DNA of 64,000 nucleotides, taken from the NCBI RefSeq assembly GCF_009914755.1, contig NC_060927.1; one strand, 5' to 3'. The notes beneath the pieces were generated by a model, which saw only the letters and a list, made by a program, of their open reading frames with translations, did no database searches and had not been told where the DNA came from. Positions 1-13,380 of the stretch are shown piece by piece (position 1 is the first letter of the stretch; each line of letters begins with the position of its first letter). The position numbers and the translations under genes are program-made. The stretch is from the human T2T-CHM13v2.0 reference genome, Homo sapiens.

Positions 1-1407
1 AACAAGTCCTAGGGATACCACTGAGTGCAAAATGTCATGTACTAGTTATTCCATTTAAATTATTTTATCTTCAAGTCTAATAAGAAAATTCTAAATAAAA
101 TTATATATTTGGGATTGTGTGTGTATCATCCATCCACATGTAAGTAGGAATAAAATTATTTAATGGAAAATTTCAAATAGGCTAACTCTAAAAATGTACA
201 GATAATCTGGATGAGAGAAAACTATCCTCACTTTGTGTTATTTTTCAATGGTAGCATTTTCTCATAATCCCCATGCTTTTTTCATGTCCTGCTATTCTTT
301 AAGATTTCCTAATGAGGATTAGGGAATAGGCATATTTAACAATCTGTGTTCGCAGGTTGAAAACAAGAAAATGAAGACTAATAGTTTCTCTCCTGTTAAT
401 TTGATTTTCTACAGCTCCTCTCCTACCAGCTTAGGCAGAGGACTTAGTTACTATTTCCAATAGATGGGAGCCAAGGAAAAGACAAGCATCTGTGATGTCA
501 TGTCTCCCCCAAACGGGTAGCTGCCTCACCAGCCTCCATTAGAGACATCCCCCAGAGTAAGAAATAAGAAATAATCATGAGTAGAATGAGAAAAAAATGC
601 AGCTTCCTTTATCTGAGAAAAACAATAGTAGCTCAATGCTGTGGCCTAAAGGGCTTTGAAAATAATGCAATTTCTGATAAAAATAAATGCCATTATTCTT
701 GCTTATTGTCACTGTTTTAGTCAAATAAGATTTTAGCAAGCATATTTCAAATTGTTCTAAATCTAAGTAAATTGGTAATTAAATGCTATCATTAGAAAGT
801 ATTTTAATATCAGAAAAATTGGACCATAAGAAAGTTAGTTTACCCTTGTATTCATATATACATGTGCTTTGTGCTAAAAATTGTTATCATTTAGTGAGAA
901 CCTGTGACTATATTAATTAATTTAATTTAATCTTCATATTTCTCTGACCGTTAGAGAGTTTGTGACTTGGATAACTTTCAAACAACTAGTACCCTGATGG
1001 AAATCCAGAATTTTGTTAACCCAGATCACAGCTGCATACTTAAATGCTATGCAACAGTGGCACTTACCCCCAAACCGTATCCTATGGAAATGCCTTTTTA
1101 GCAAATTAAACTGAATTGTGTTCAGAGATCCACAGGTCTAAGCAACATTAGGGAAGGGGTAAAGTAGTCCTCAGCAAGGCCCTTTTCAGAGCACTCCACC
1201 AGTGCCCTTGTCCTCCTGGGCAGAGCTCCTCAGCTATACTCCCTTTCCTAGTCTACCCTATCCCACAACGGAACCATACTTCTCTCATGGAAGCCCTGGT
1301 CTCACAGAACTAAAAAGGAGGCTCCTAGAAATGGGGTTGTGTTGAGTTGACAGAGATGTGTGGCTCTTTAAACTGAAATATAATCCAAAGAGAACAAGAT
1401 CTAGTAG

Positions 1408-1514
1408 AATTTCAGGTCCTAAGCCTGGTTAAATTTCAGGTCCTAAGGCTGGTTAATAGTACAAATACAGTTATTTATTTATAACTAGTGCAAATACAGT
1501 TATTTATTTATAAC
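1408..1514. repeat. Two adjacent tandem duplications (24 bp x2, then 29 bp x2)
   Basis: aatttcaggtcctaag(c/g)ctggtta at 1408-1431 and 1432-1455; tagt(a/g)caaatacagttatttatttataac at 1457-1485 and 1486-1514. Confidence 0.95.
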
Positions 1515-2249
1515 TATACAGGAATTTATTTCCCAGTACCTTCTATATTACTAACATCCCATAAAACCAGCCATGTAAGGAACTAGAACATTTTGAGAAT
1601 ATGCAATACATAACCTTAAACAAGAAGTTTTCATTCCTAATTAAAAAAAATAAGCTAGTTCATCACAACTTCCTTCAAATCCTTCTGCCACTGATTTCTC
1701 TCCTGAAAAGAGATATTATACGGCATTTTAGAGAAAACAAACATCTCTAAGTCACAAGGAGTGGAATAATCAAAGTTGCATTTTAAGCAAGATTATGGTT
1801 TTTTCTTTGAGTTCTCTGAATTTGAATAGTTTCTTAACCTTAGTTTTTTAACTGCTCTGAAAATGGTTTCTGTCCCTGGTGGACTCTTGTTTCAATGCAG
1901 TTATTTTGTCTGGTAGAGTCACAGAGTTAAGCTGTCATTCAGATCAGAAAAAATAAAAGAGAGAGATGAATTAATCTCAATGGCACAGTCTCCTTATTCA
2001 AAAAATAAAAATAAAAATAAATCTCAAGTCCAACAATGAATCATCTTTGAGACTCTCCCAAGTGATCTAGTTTTAAGGGCAAAAACTTTGGGGAAACTGT
2101 TGGGGGAGCAACTGGTGCCCAGTACTGTTTCACACACGTGGTTTTTCTTATCTATTGCTCACACACTTAGACATAACTGGAATTATTGCCTTTGTATTGT
2201 TGTTGCCATTTTATAAAGGAAGACAAAAAAGATCAGACAAAATAATAGT

Positions 2250-2480
2250 GAACATCTATTAATTGGACACTTACTGGTGTCAGGCACTGTGTCATGCACT
2301 GTGTCAGGCACTGTATTTTCTTATTTAATCCAACAAAAAAAAATAGGCTAAATTATCTTATTGGCTCAATTTTCTTTACAGAAACTGAGCCTAAATTTCC
2401 CAAATGGCTAACCAATGCCAGGGCCAGCAACTCAAATTTGGGAGTAATTCCGACACCTAGGTTCCAACCATTTTTCTCCC
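2250..2480 (-). mobile_element. MIR SINE remnant with an internal 12-bp x3 tandem repeat (2277-2312)
   Basis: MIR-like tttacagaaactgagcc...aaatggctaaccaatgccagggccagc; gtgtca(g/t)gcact three times. Confidence 0.6.
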
Positions 2481-4712
2481 AGAAATAACCCACCAAATTC
2501 ACCAGAGTCTAAGATCTTACTGTTACTGTTTAATTAACTGCTACAATTGCAGCATTTTAAAAAAATATAAATGAGCACTGTGCTAGTATTTAATTATAGC
2601 TTTATACTGATACTGGGTACAAGTATAAGCTAACACCATTTTGAATTATAGTAGAAGAGTCAGGAGCTCTGAGAGGAATGTTCAGGATAGAATAAAGCAG
2701 ATATTTTAATGTCTCATTTCAGTGAGGAAAATTGTTAATTCATATGCCACCAGCCATCGGCAGAAATGTAACAGGAAATGAAGAAAAACTTAATTACTTT
2801 AAATACAGTGGTCTGTAGTACAAATTATTGTGCCGTGAATTAGTTTCCTTCTGCTGTAGAATTGATCATTTTGATTATGTAGCCAAGCAGTGTAAGACAT
2901 TACTAAAATTATTCTTGAATCCTACCTTTGAGATCTATATAAAACACTAGACAATTTGCCTGCAAATACATAGAAAACAATTTTTAAAAGGATTGGGATG
3001 AGTTATTTTCCCCTCTGTTAAATATTAGCCTTTGAAATGAACCCAGCTGATCTGCCAAATAACACTTGGAAATTGTTGTGTTTTAATAAAGTGACAGACT
3101 GAGAGGGAAGCCACACTAGACGTCCTTATGCTTTTAGAGGCCTTACAGGGCAGGAACATTATGCAATAATGCCTTTTAAAAGAAGTGAGCTTCCTAGTAT
3201 TACACCTTGCCTGGCAACAAATGTAGCCACTTACTGAAATGCAGGCGTAATTAGAATCTATGAAAATCTAGCATCAGAATCCCAAACCTCTATGCAATAC
3301 TCAGTAAATTACAGCTTTTATGTCTGTAATATTTTCAACCATTCTACTTAAATATGTGAATACATGAGTGTGGAGTTCTTTAGGAGGCCTGCTGCATATG
3401 CTAGGGAAAGGTTTCATCATTTCTAATCAGGATGGCTCTGTAAATGGGATGCCTCATGTTCAGGTTTCTGGAAGGCTCAGAGCCTGGGCTTCTACTGGCA
3501 GAGGGTAGACCCAAATGGACTACTCTAGTGAAAATCTCCAGGTGAACATGGAATGCAGTGAAAACCTGGGGTATCCAACTTGCAGTATAGGCCACCAGCA
3601 AGTGTCACCTCTATTATAACTTTAACCAGGCAAGCTCAGTCTCATGCATTAGTTTATAAAATTGCAACAGAGCCTTCTAAGACTGAAAGGACATTAGTTT
3701 TTAAACCTATATATTATGACCTAATTAAATGAAATTTTATTTTAAAGCCCTCATAAAAGTAGTAAAATTGGTGTTTTAAATAAACCAAATGGGAATTCAA
3801 CCACTTTAATTTTTCTTTTGTTCCAATAGGAAAATAAATGCTTTAAAATTTGAAGTTGAAACATGGGTTTTAAATATATTGAGATAAAAACTATTTTGCA
3901 TAGGCATTTTGAAGAAAATAAATTTTGTTCTCGTGATTTGTGATTGGCCATTGATTTCCGTGTTTAAGATTATGAAGGTGTGCTCAGCTGTCTACTAGAA
4001 ATAACAGGGGAGACTCAGTCTTGTTTCAAATGGAAGGGCTCCTATTCGGTTTTCTCCTTCATTTCTTAAAGTGTTGTGATTTTTTTATTCCCTGGTGTTA
4101 TGTCTTGAGATTTTAAATCTTAAAACATGCAATTAGGTATTGAAGTTGAAAGCTGGAAGTCTCAGCCAGCTAGTAATGGTTTTTTAAAATAGGTAATACA
4201 GACCTCTAGTGGTTGAACAGTTTGAAAGCCTCTGCAAGAAAAGGAAATTGCGCAGAAAGTGCCTGCATTTTAAGGGGAAAAGTTAGTTAAAATTATTCAG
4301 ATGATAAAATTCACATATTTCATAGGAAAAAAAAAGCCAGAATGGGCTTCAAGGGAAGGTGGCACACTTCCCATCCTTTTAGATGTTCCTCAATTCCTCT
4401 AAATAAGCAAAAACTCTCTGGCCAAAGTCACAGTAAGAAGTCTGGATCTGTATTATTTTTCTCTAAAAGATCTTGTGAACAGAGCTGCTAGATCTCTGTA
4501 TTATATGAAACATATATTTTTGTACACAGTTTTGCCTCACTGGGGCTTTGCTTCCTTTGTACTCCAGAGGCTCCCCATGAAAACAATCTGCAGCCACCTC
4601 AACTTGCCTGTGCTGTTCTCAGGTTCTGTCCATGGGGAGCCACACTTCAGTGAGCTCAGCGATTGGATGGCTTTTTAGTCTACATGAGAGGGAAACTCCA
4701 TGTGCCTCTAGA

Positions 4713-4870
4713 CTAGTGCTTCTCAAACTCTAATGAACACCCAAGTCATCTGGGGAATCTGCTTGAAATGCAGATTCTATCTCGGTCTGGGGTGGGGCCT
4801 GAGGCTGTCTTGTTCGTAAACTCCCAGTTGATGCTAACGCTGCCCATCCAGGGCCACCCAGAGCAGCAAG
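4713..4870. mobile_element. MER5-family (MER5B-like) hAT-Charlie DNA transposon
   Basis: agtgcttctcaaactctaatg...aaatgcagattct...ggtctggggtggggcctgag...gatgctaacgctg. Confidence 0.75.
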
Positions 4871-5290
4871 CCGGTTCTATGACAGCTCTCTTTATTTTTT
4901 AGTTACATATTTTGTTTTTACTCATTTCTTCTTTGTTTGCTCTTTTACTTTAATAACTTCTGTTAAATTTTTAATATTTGGATCTGTAAAACATTTAAAG
5001 TTCTCTTTCACTTCACTATGTACAAGTATCTCTGGGAATCTGTTATTGAAGTTTTGAGAAGTTGATCTCACATTTTAAAAATAGATTCAGTGTCATCTCT
5101 TTATCTTGAAAAGTTCATGGTAGTTGTGAGCATCTCTCTAACCACTTGAAGCTATTGGGTTAGAGGTAGCTACAATTAAATATCTGATTAGCCATATTGG
5201 GAGAGTGGGTGAAAACAGGTTTTGTGCATGTGGTAGATGTGTAGGAAGCTAAGGACCCAAAAAACAACCACATCATAAAATCAAGCAGAA

Positions 5291-5316
5291 ACACACACAC
5301 ACCACACACACACACA
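5291..5316. repeat. Interrupted (CA)n microsatellite
   Basis: acacacacacaccacacacacacaca. Confidence 0.9.
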
Positions 5317-6454
5317 GAGGCTCAAAGCATAAGTGTCAACAGATCAGAAGAAAACATGGGAGAATGTATTTTTTCATACCAAATTATTAAAATTCCATCA
5401 TCTAAATAACTTCCTATCATAGCATGTTGTCGACCTCATTTTTCAAATCCATAATTTTAGAACTTATGTCGTGGGGTAGTCTAAAAGCCTCTTGCAAACT
5501 TTTAACATCTAGTTTCAAATCAAAAATAATATATTAACAAGCTGTAGCATAGAGGGAGTACATAAATTATCATCATTGCCCTGCATGAATAGTAATTCAC
5601 AGGTTTGGCTCACACACAACTTAGATGAAATAATTAACTATGTACAGTACTTAACAGTATAAAAGTAATTAATCTAGCTGCCTCGTACCGGTTTGGCCTA
5701 AATAAACATGCAATAAAAAAGCCATAGGATTTTATTATTTTTTTACTCACGTTACTACTTTAGTGTGTTGGAATTTTAATATGTCAGAAGAAAGATATCT
5801 TTGCATTAAAAAATCATTTTCTTTTCAAATGTTAATGTACTGATTATAACTAAGTGAATTCCATATATTTATAATTGTGGGCAGATGTTCTCAATTAATA
5901 GTTTTATTCATTCTACTTCACAGTTTAGTGAAAAGGATTATTTTAAATTAAGGTGTAAATAAGAACAAATGAGATTTTTATTACTACAAATCACACAGAA
6001 TTTGTTGGTGGTGCTATAATCCTGTGTAGGTATAGCTTTGGCAAAACATTTCAGATAAGCTTGTTTTTTGCCCCATGGGTTCTGGGACGAGGTGAGTTGT
6101 CTGTTTGTCCTATAAGGTTCAGAAAGGTAAAAGGGCAAGGTCATTAATTGGCTAGAGGGCAACAAAGAAGGTAGTTATCCCTGTGTGGTCAAGAAAAAGT
6201 GGCTCAGGTTATCTTGCTCGGGAGAGAAAATGTTCATTCAGCTCCAGTCCTTTTGGTAAAAGCCCACTCTCAGTGTATGAGTGTTCCTTTGCCTAATCAT
6301 GTAGACTATAACATGTTTTCCCCTATATGACTCCATCGATTAATCATTGCAGTATTATCCCCACTTCATAAATGGGCAAAGAGGAGGATGAAGCCGAGTA
6401 GTTCTTCCAAAATCAAGTAGCATGTAAGATGTAGGAGCAAAACTCAAATCCAGA

Positions 6455-7432
6455 GACTTCTGCTTCCAGCCAAGATGGAATAACAGGGACTAGATTTACC
6501 TCCCCACCTAAAACAATTTTAAAAACTGGACATACATATGAAACAATGGTTTTCAAGAGAGTGGACATCAGATAACAAAGGGCAGTGATCCCTGGAGGAT
6601 AGGAAACAAATGACCTGGGATTGTCCCAGCCCACTGCCTGGAGGGAGTTTGCAGGCATGATACAGGGATGGTACACCCAGGCAGAACTCGAGGTCCTCTC
6701 TGAGTTAAGGACACAGAGCTGGGAGTCCAGAGAGGCCAAGGAGGCTAGAGTTCAGAGTACCAGAGAGTTGAGAGCTGCACAGAGAACCCAGAGATCTGCA
6801 AATGGTACCCCTTGTGCTTCAGTGCATGTGGGCAAATAATCACCCAAACGTATTAGAGAGAACAAGCCCCAGAGGTCATCAAGAGCTAGAAAATAGTTGC
6901 TATTTCCACCAGCCACAGTGGAAAGTCTCATAATTCATGGAGCATCAGGTAGCATACTCAGTAGGTTCTTGCCTCAGGAATGGGAAAAATTTAGCCCTAG
7001 ACTAATTGCTGCTCTGGTACCACCTAAGAAACCGTAAAAGTCAGACTCAAAAGAATTAAATTATTTGCAAGTAACTCAACTGCTTTTCAGAAAACAACTG
7101 GAGAAATTTTGTAGGAATACAAAAGCATCCAATATCCAACAAAGTAAAATTCACAATGTTTAGCATCCATTATAAAATCACCAGGCATGCGAAGAAGCTG
7201 GAAAGTACAACCCATAAAAAGAAAAAAATGAATAGAAACAGACCCAGTCAGTAATGACACAGATGATAGGATTATTACACTATTACATTAAATGGTTATT
7301 ATGACTATTTCATATGTTCAAAATGCTTGATGGAAGTTTGAACATATTAAATGAAGACATGGGAGATATAAAAAAGACTGAAATTGAACTTCTAGAGATG
7401 AAAACTACAATGTCTGAGATGAAAACTTAAAC
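6455..7432 (+). mobile_element. Ancient L1M 5'UTR/ORF1 fragment, apparently inserted within or next to a MIR
   Basis: Starts cttctgcttccagccaagatgga (L1M 5' end) and ends in ORF1-like aaattgaacttctagagatgaaaactacaatgtctgagatgaaaa. gagacttc occurs on both flanks, and MIR-like sequence lies at about 6340-6455. Confidence 0.7.
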
Positions 7433-9371
7433 TGAGACTTCAGATGCTAAGACTACATTTGTTTCACATCCCCACAACATTCTTCCCTGGACGCTGAGTT
7501 TCCTCCCAGCAGCTGAATACTTCATGCTTCATCCTTTCTTAATGCTGAACTCTCAGAAAAAGTCCTTCATTCTAAGAAGAGGCGGGAGGGTGCCACTCTG
7601 TAGCCCCTTTCTCATCTCACTCTGGTCCCTGCTGGCCTGGAACAGATTCCACTCCCTTCATGCACTGATACTCCACTCTAGACTGAGCCTCTTCATGAGG
7701 TAGCCATCAAGCCATCCGCAGTCATCAACATGGCACCTTCTGAGTCAGTTACAAGAGTTTGCATCATCAGACCACCATTTTCCGTCTCTGTTTTCTGACT
7801 TACCCCAAAACTCTAGTTAAAACTCATGAAATATTATCTCTTCACATGAAATACAATTAATATGGAAGTCAGCATTTTTGCATCTCCCAACGCTTCACAT
7901 CCAAGGAGCTGTGTATGAAATCATGAACTATGTTCTTCCAGCCAACCAAGCAATTAACCAAAGTATACATGTCCATGTTGTCCTTGTACAGAGTTTGAAA
8001 TATGCTCATGAGAATTAAACTATTTTTCAGTAAATCTGAAAAATCAACTTGCTTGTCCAGGAAGTTTTATTAGGGATAGAATCCCAAACAATGAATGTGC
8101 TAGCCAAGTGTTACTATTAATCAGAAATACTCCATATTCATCCAGGATTAATCCTGTGTAACTCCCTCAGTCAGTGTAGCAATGTGTTCTCTTCCTGCAC
8201 TTTTTTTATGTGTGTGTATTCCCAAATCTGCAGTGAATGTATTTAGGAAATACATTAGTATCAAAAGGACAAATGTAGCCTTAAAACATAAATGTACAGA
8301 TAATTTCCTATTTGTAGCAAAGTTCACTTCAGAAACACTTGATAAGAACTATTCAAAAATAAATATTTTCAGTATTTATTTAAAATATTTTAAAATGTAA
8401 ACTCCTCACCAGTCATCTAGCCAGGGCCACTGAGTGTGGCTCTATGAAATAGCTTCAGTCCCTTTCACTACTGATGACCTTTTGAACACAAGATAATATT
8501 TGTCGAGTAAATGTCAAAATAGTATAAGAATACCCAAATCATGGATTCTATGCTGTATTCACTCACATAGAGACTTCACTTTGGAGCACTTCAGAGCAGC
8601 AACAGCTCTAAGAGATGTAACAGTATGCTTTCCAGGATAGAAGAACGAAAAGGGAAAAATAAGTTGCTAGCAAGAACAATGAGGGGTAGGGGTGAAGTTC
8701 AGGCTGCCATTCTGAAAGCTTCCTCAGACTGAGTCAGGCACATCTCACGAAGTGCAGACTATGCAAGCTGGCTGTGTGAGATCAAGGGTAGACAGTTGAC
8801 TCATCCTGTCACATCTCTGTGTTTTACCGTAACCTCCAACTATTCAGCCATGAATCGCTGCATGTGGAATGGAAGGGGGAATGTCTAACAAACAGAGACA
8901 TACTTCAAGTCTTCAGTCTAGTTAAAACATTGGAATGAGGGTCTGCAACATCTTTCTGGGGCTTGGAGTCTCGTCTCAGTTCTAAAATGAGATGGTTGGC
9001 CTGGATCCTAAGTTTCAAATTGGCAGCCTTTTTAACTAAATCTAATCTAGAAGAGTTCTGTTAGGTTCCACAGTGTTGGGTTTTAAAATATATATATATA
9101 TTAGTTGAAAACATTTTAAAATAGGATCTTTCACATGAAATTTGAAATTTTAAGTTTATATTTTAAAGTTAGCTGTTTTCCCCCACCTCATTACAATTGG
9201 CACAGTTGACTATAGCTGAGAAGTGACCCCGTGGCCCCCCTCCAAGAAAGGGGGAGGGCCCTCCATTCACCACCATGTCCACTTCACCTATTTCTCCCAG
9301 CCTATATATGTATTTGAATATGTGAACCCTGGAATGCATAATGTCTAGGGACCATAACAACAATAGAATGC

Positions 9372-9452
9372 TATGAATCTCTGACTTACAAGGACTCTCT
9401 TATGAATCTCTGACTTACAAGGACTCTCTTATGAATCTCTGACTTACAAGGA
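9372..9452. repeat. Perfect 29-bp minisatellite, 2.8 copies
   Basis: tatgaatctctgacttacaaggactctct at 9372-9400, 9401-9429 and a partial copy at 9430-9452, with no mismatches. Confidence 0.97.
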
Positions 9453-10513
9453 AAACAAAAGACTGTAGAGAATAGTAGTTCAACCACATTTTAGGTTAAA
9501 ATAGACTTTACTTGGATAACCTGACAACCAAAACATCTTTGATAATATAGTAATTGTGTATGTTTACCAGACAAAGGGTATACATGTATATTCTTGTATT
9601 TCTCTTAAGAAGAAAATCAATAAATTTGACCCATGAATTTCTTTCTATAGCAGACATTTTTGTGACTTCCTGACTCACAGGAGATACAGCTACCCTCCAA
9701 ACCTAAATCAAAAGTCCGTAAGTTGCAGAATGACTTTTTATGTAAAGAGAACATACTAGTTTCTGATAAGATATAAAGAAACCATGTAATTTATCTAGGG
9801 AATGACTCTAAGCTGATCATTGACTTATTTACACAACTATAGCTACTGGAATAGACTGATTCCAAAAATATATTTTCTCTGAATTAGAATCTTTTTCATA
9901 TCAAAATATCCAAAATTATTAGCATATTATGTTATTCTCACAAAGTCCTAATGAACTTCACAAATCTGCCTGCTCTATTCTGAGTACAAAAAATATTTAG
10001 CCTAATTTGTTTTTCCATTATTTTATATAGTAATAAAGTAATACCAAAAATGTTATTGCCAGAAACAATACAGTGTTGTATAATTATTAGAAAGTGAACT
10101 CATGAAATTCTATTAAAAAACAACAATTACCACATGTTAAGTCAGATAATTCACAGAAGAGACTTATATGAATACTAGGGGAGCTGTAGGCAACAAAATT
10201 TTTCTCTGAATCCTGCATTTTGAAGGAAGTTTCTGTCATTTAATTAGTTGAGGTTTGATTCACCAACCAAAGGTCTATAGTGTGATATATTTTCTTCCTC
10301 CAACATAAAGTTAACTTAAAGTCATTTGTACTTTATGTGTTTATTCTTTCACTTCTTCCCCAAAAGTAATTCTTTAAATTGCTTTATGGGATTAATAACA
10401 AATTATATCATTATATATTTTTGTATTATTAGGGCTTCTAACTTCATTATAATCAATTTATTGGCCATATATAATAATGCAACAAATTACATCTGTAAAG
10501 TAAAATTTTATGA

Positions 10514-10831
<318 letters not shown>

Positions 10832-11230
10832 TGACCTGTGAGACTGCAAAGGTGGTGTTTCCTATGAGTCCAGCCAGATAATAGACTCTGCTAACATTAA
10901 TTAAATTAATATTCCTTTTTAAGATTCTAGGTGCTGAATATATATCTCTTGGTCTATAAATTAGCTTCGCACTTCAGCTATTTAGCAAACTTGTTTTTTA
11001 TTGTATCTAGTGTATTCATACTGAATGGGTATAATATACTGTCTTTTGAAAAAGTTATTTTGTACACATAATCTTAAAACACTCTTCCAAGGGCAAGGTA
11101 GAGGCTTCATAATATTATTTCCATTTGTCAGATCAATGAAGGTTTAATGATTTGTCCAAGATCTCAATTTCTAGAGAAGCGAAGAAGAATCCCCCAATTC
11201 TAGTTCTAAGTTTCTTTTTTCCCTTGCTAA

Positions 11231-11539
<309 letters not shown>

Positions 11540-12913
11540 TGCAGTCAACTGATTTATGTTCATCACCTTCTTAAGTTAAATTGCTCTTTTACTCATTGCC
11601 TTTGGTTTTGTGTGTTAAGATTCAGCATCAGCATTCATGATATCTTTTCACTCTTAATTCTGAGTGTTTCCGTCCGTTTTTTTAATTTTTGTACTTTATG
11701 GGCTTTTTCTTCATTTACCCCCAATTATGCGGGAAAGGCTGTGTGCCTCTTTTGAAAGCTCTGATGTTCTCAATGAAGAGACCTTTTAAATGACCTTGTT
11801 TGTCCCCCACCGAGTTGCATATCACAACTTCAAATGTCTCACTAAAATGTTACCCATTTGGCATCAGTATACAGAAAAGGCTGCACTCTGAGATAAGAAA
11901 GAACAGTGGTGTTTTCATAGTAAGAGAATAGAGTTCTTAATGGGAAAGGGGAGAGTATAATTTCCACTGATTTAGCTGGTCTTTCAAACTTTATGATGCT
12001 TTTCTCCTTGAACTAGCCTATAAGAAATTTGTAGGGAAAATACCACAGGAATCAAATTTTGGGCATAGATGTCTATTAATATTGCTCCTTACAAAGCTTT
12101 TTCCCAGAATTGTTTCTCCTTGCCTACAAAAACTACTCCATGCCTTTATTAGTCAGAAAAGCAGTTTTGTAGAGAAGGCAAGTAACAGAGAATCAAGCTA
12201 AGTAAGTGAAACTCTGTAATTGTCAAACTTCCAGAAAGTAACATTTGTAACTAAGTATGGTATCTTTGTCCTCTCTCTTTCTCTCTTCTCTCCACTTGGT
12301 TTCTAATGAAAGCCTTGATTACATGTTATATTTAATGTACTGTTCCACAAAGAAGAAAAGGCCTAATGTGAATGCAAGCTGAATTTACACTTAAATATTG
12401 CAGTCAGTTCAGACCGGAAGGATACAGATCGATGCCCTCTGATCCTGTCAGATTCCCCGAAGTGTCTATGGCAGTGATACCACAAGAGGGCAGGGTTTGA
12501 CTTCCGGACTAGGTGGCTTCCTCCCTTCAGTGCAGACCTTGGGGCCACGACAACAGCCATCAATCTCTTGAAACCCTAATGATGAATCTGAGCTCAAATT
12601 CCCTCTTCAGCCTTATCTGTGCAGAATCCTGAAGTTATGAAAAATGCTTACAGAAGGTAATTTCTAGAATGATCTAACACAGCAGATATTTAGTAAACTC
12701 CCTGTTTGAGAGCTCCTACTAAGCACCCAACACAGCTTTAGACTTTGGTCACCCAATAGGATTTTATCTTTTGTGAGGGATCTGTAGTTTTCCCCGGAAG
12801 ATATAATGCATGAAATAAAAGCCTCCAATAAAATTCAGTATACAGTTAATTTATTTCATAAAAGGTGAGAGATATAAATTATCAAAGGTTAAAACAAAAA
12901 GTAGGAACCAGAG

Positions 12914-13138
12914 CAGGGTTTTTCAGTAGCAACTCTATTGACATTTTGGATTAGATAATTTTTTGGTGTGGGAGACTGTCCCACGCATTGTAAAATGGTT
13001 AGCAGTATCACTTGTCTGCCTGCTAGATGCTAGTAATACCCCCCACACCTCCCTCTCCCACATTGGGAAAATCAAAAATGTCTCGAGACATTGCCAAATA
13101 TCCCTGGAGTACAAAATCAGTCTAATTGAGAGGCACTA
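12914..13138 (-). mobile_element. MER20 DNA transposon
   Basis: ctattgacattttgga...agataatt...ctagatgctagtaatacccc...aaaaatgtctcgagacattgccaaatatccctg matches the MER20 reverse complement. Confidence 0.85.
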
Positions 13139-13239
13139 GACTGGAGTATAAAGAGATGACCATGCCAAAAAGTAAAAATAATAATAATAGAGCCTTGAAA
13201 CATTACTTACAGAATGTCAAAAACGTAAGGACCTGCTCT

Positions 13240-13380
13240 CTATTCCTGTTTCTTAACCTGAGCAATGGGAATAATGATGCCTTCCCTCATAGGTCTCTTG
13301 TAGAAATGAAAGCAATTAATGCAACACTTGGCACATAGTAAGCATCCAATGAATAATAAGTGATCAGTGTTACTATTGCT
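13240..13380 (+). mobile_element. MIR 3' part
   Basis: ctgtttcttaacctgagcaatgggaataatgatgcc...gcaacacttggcacatagtaagcatccaatgaat. Confidence 0.7.
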
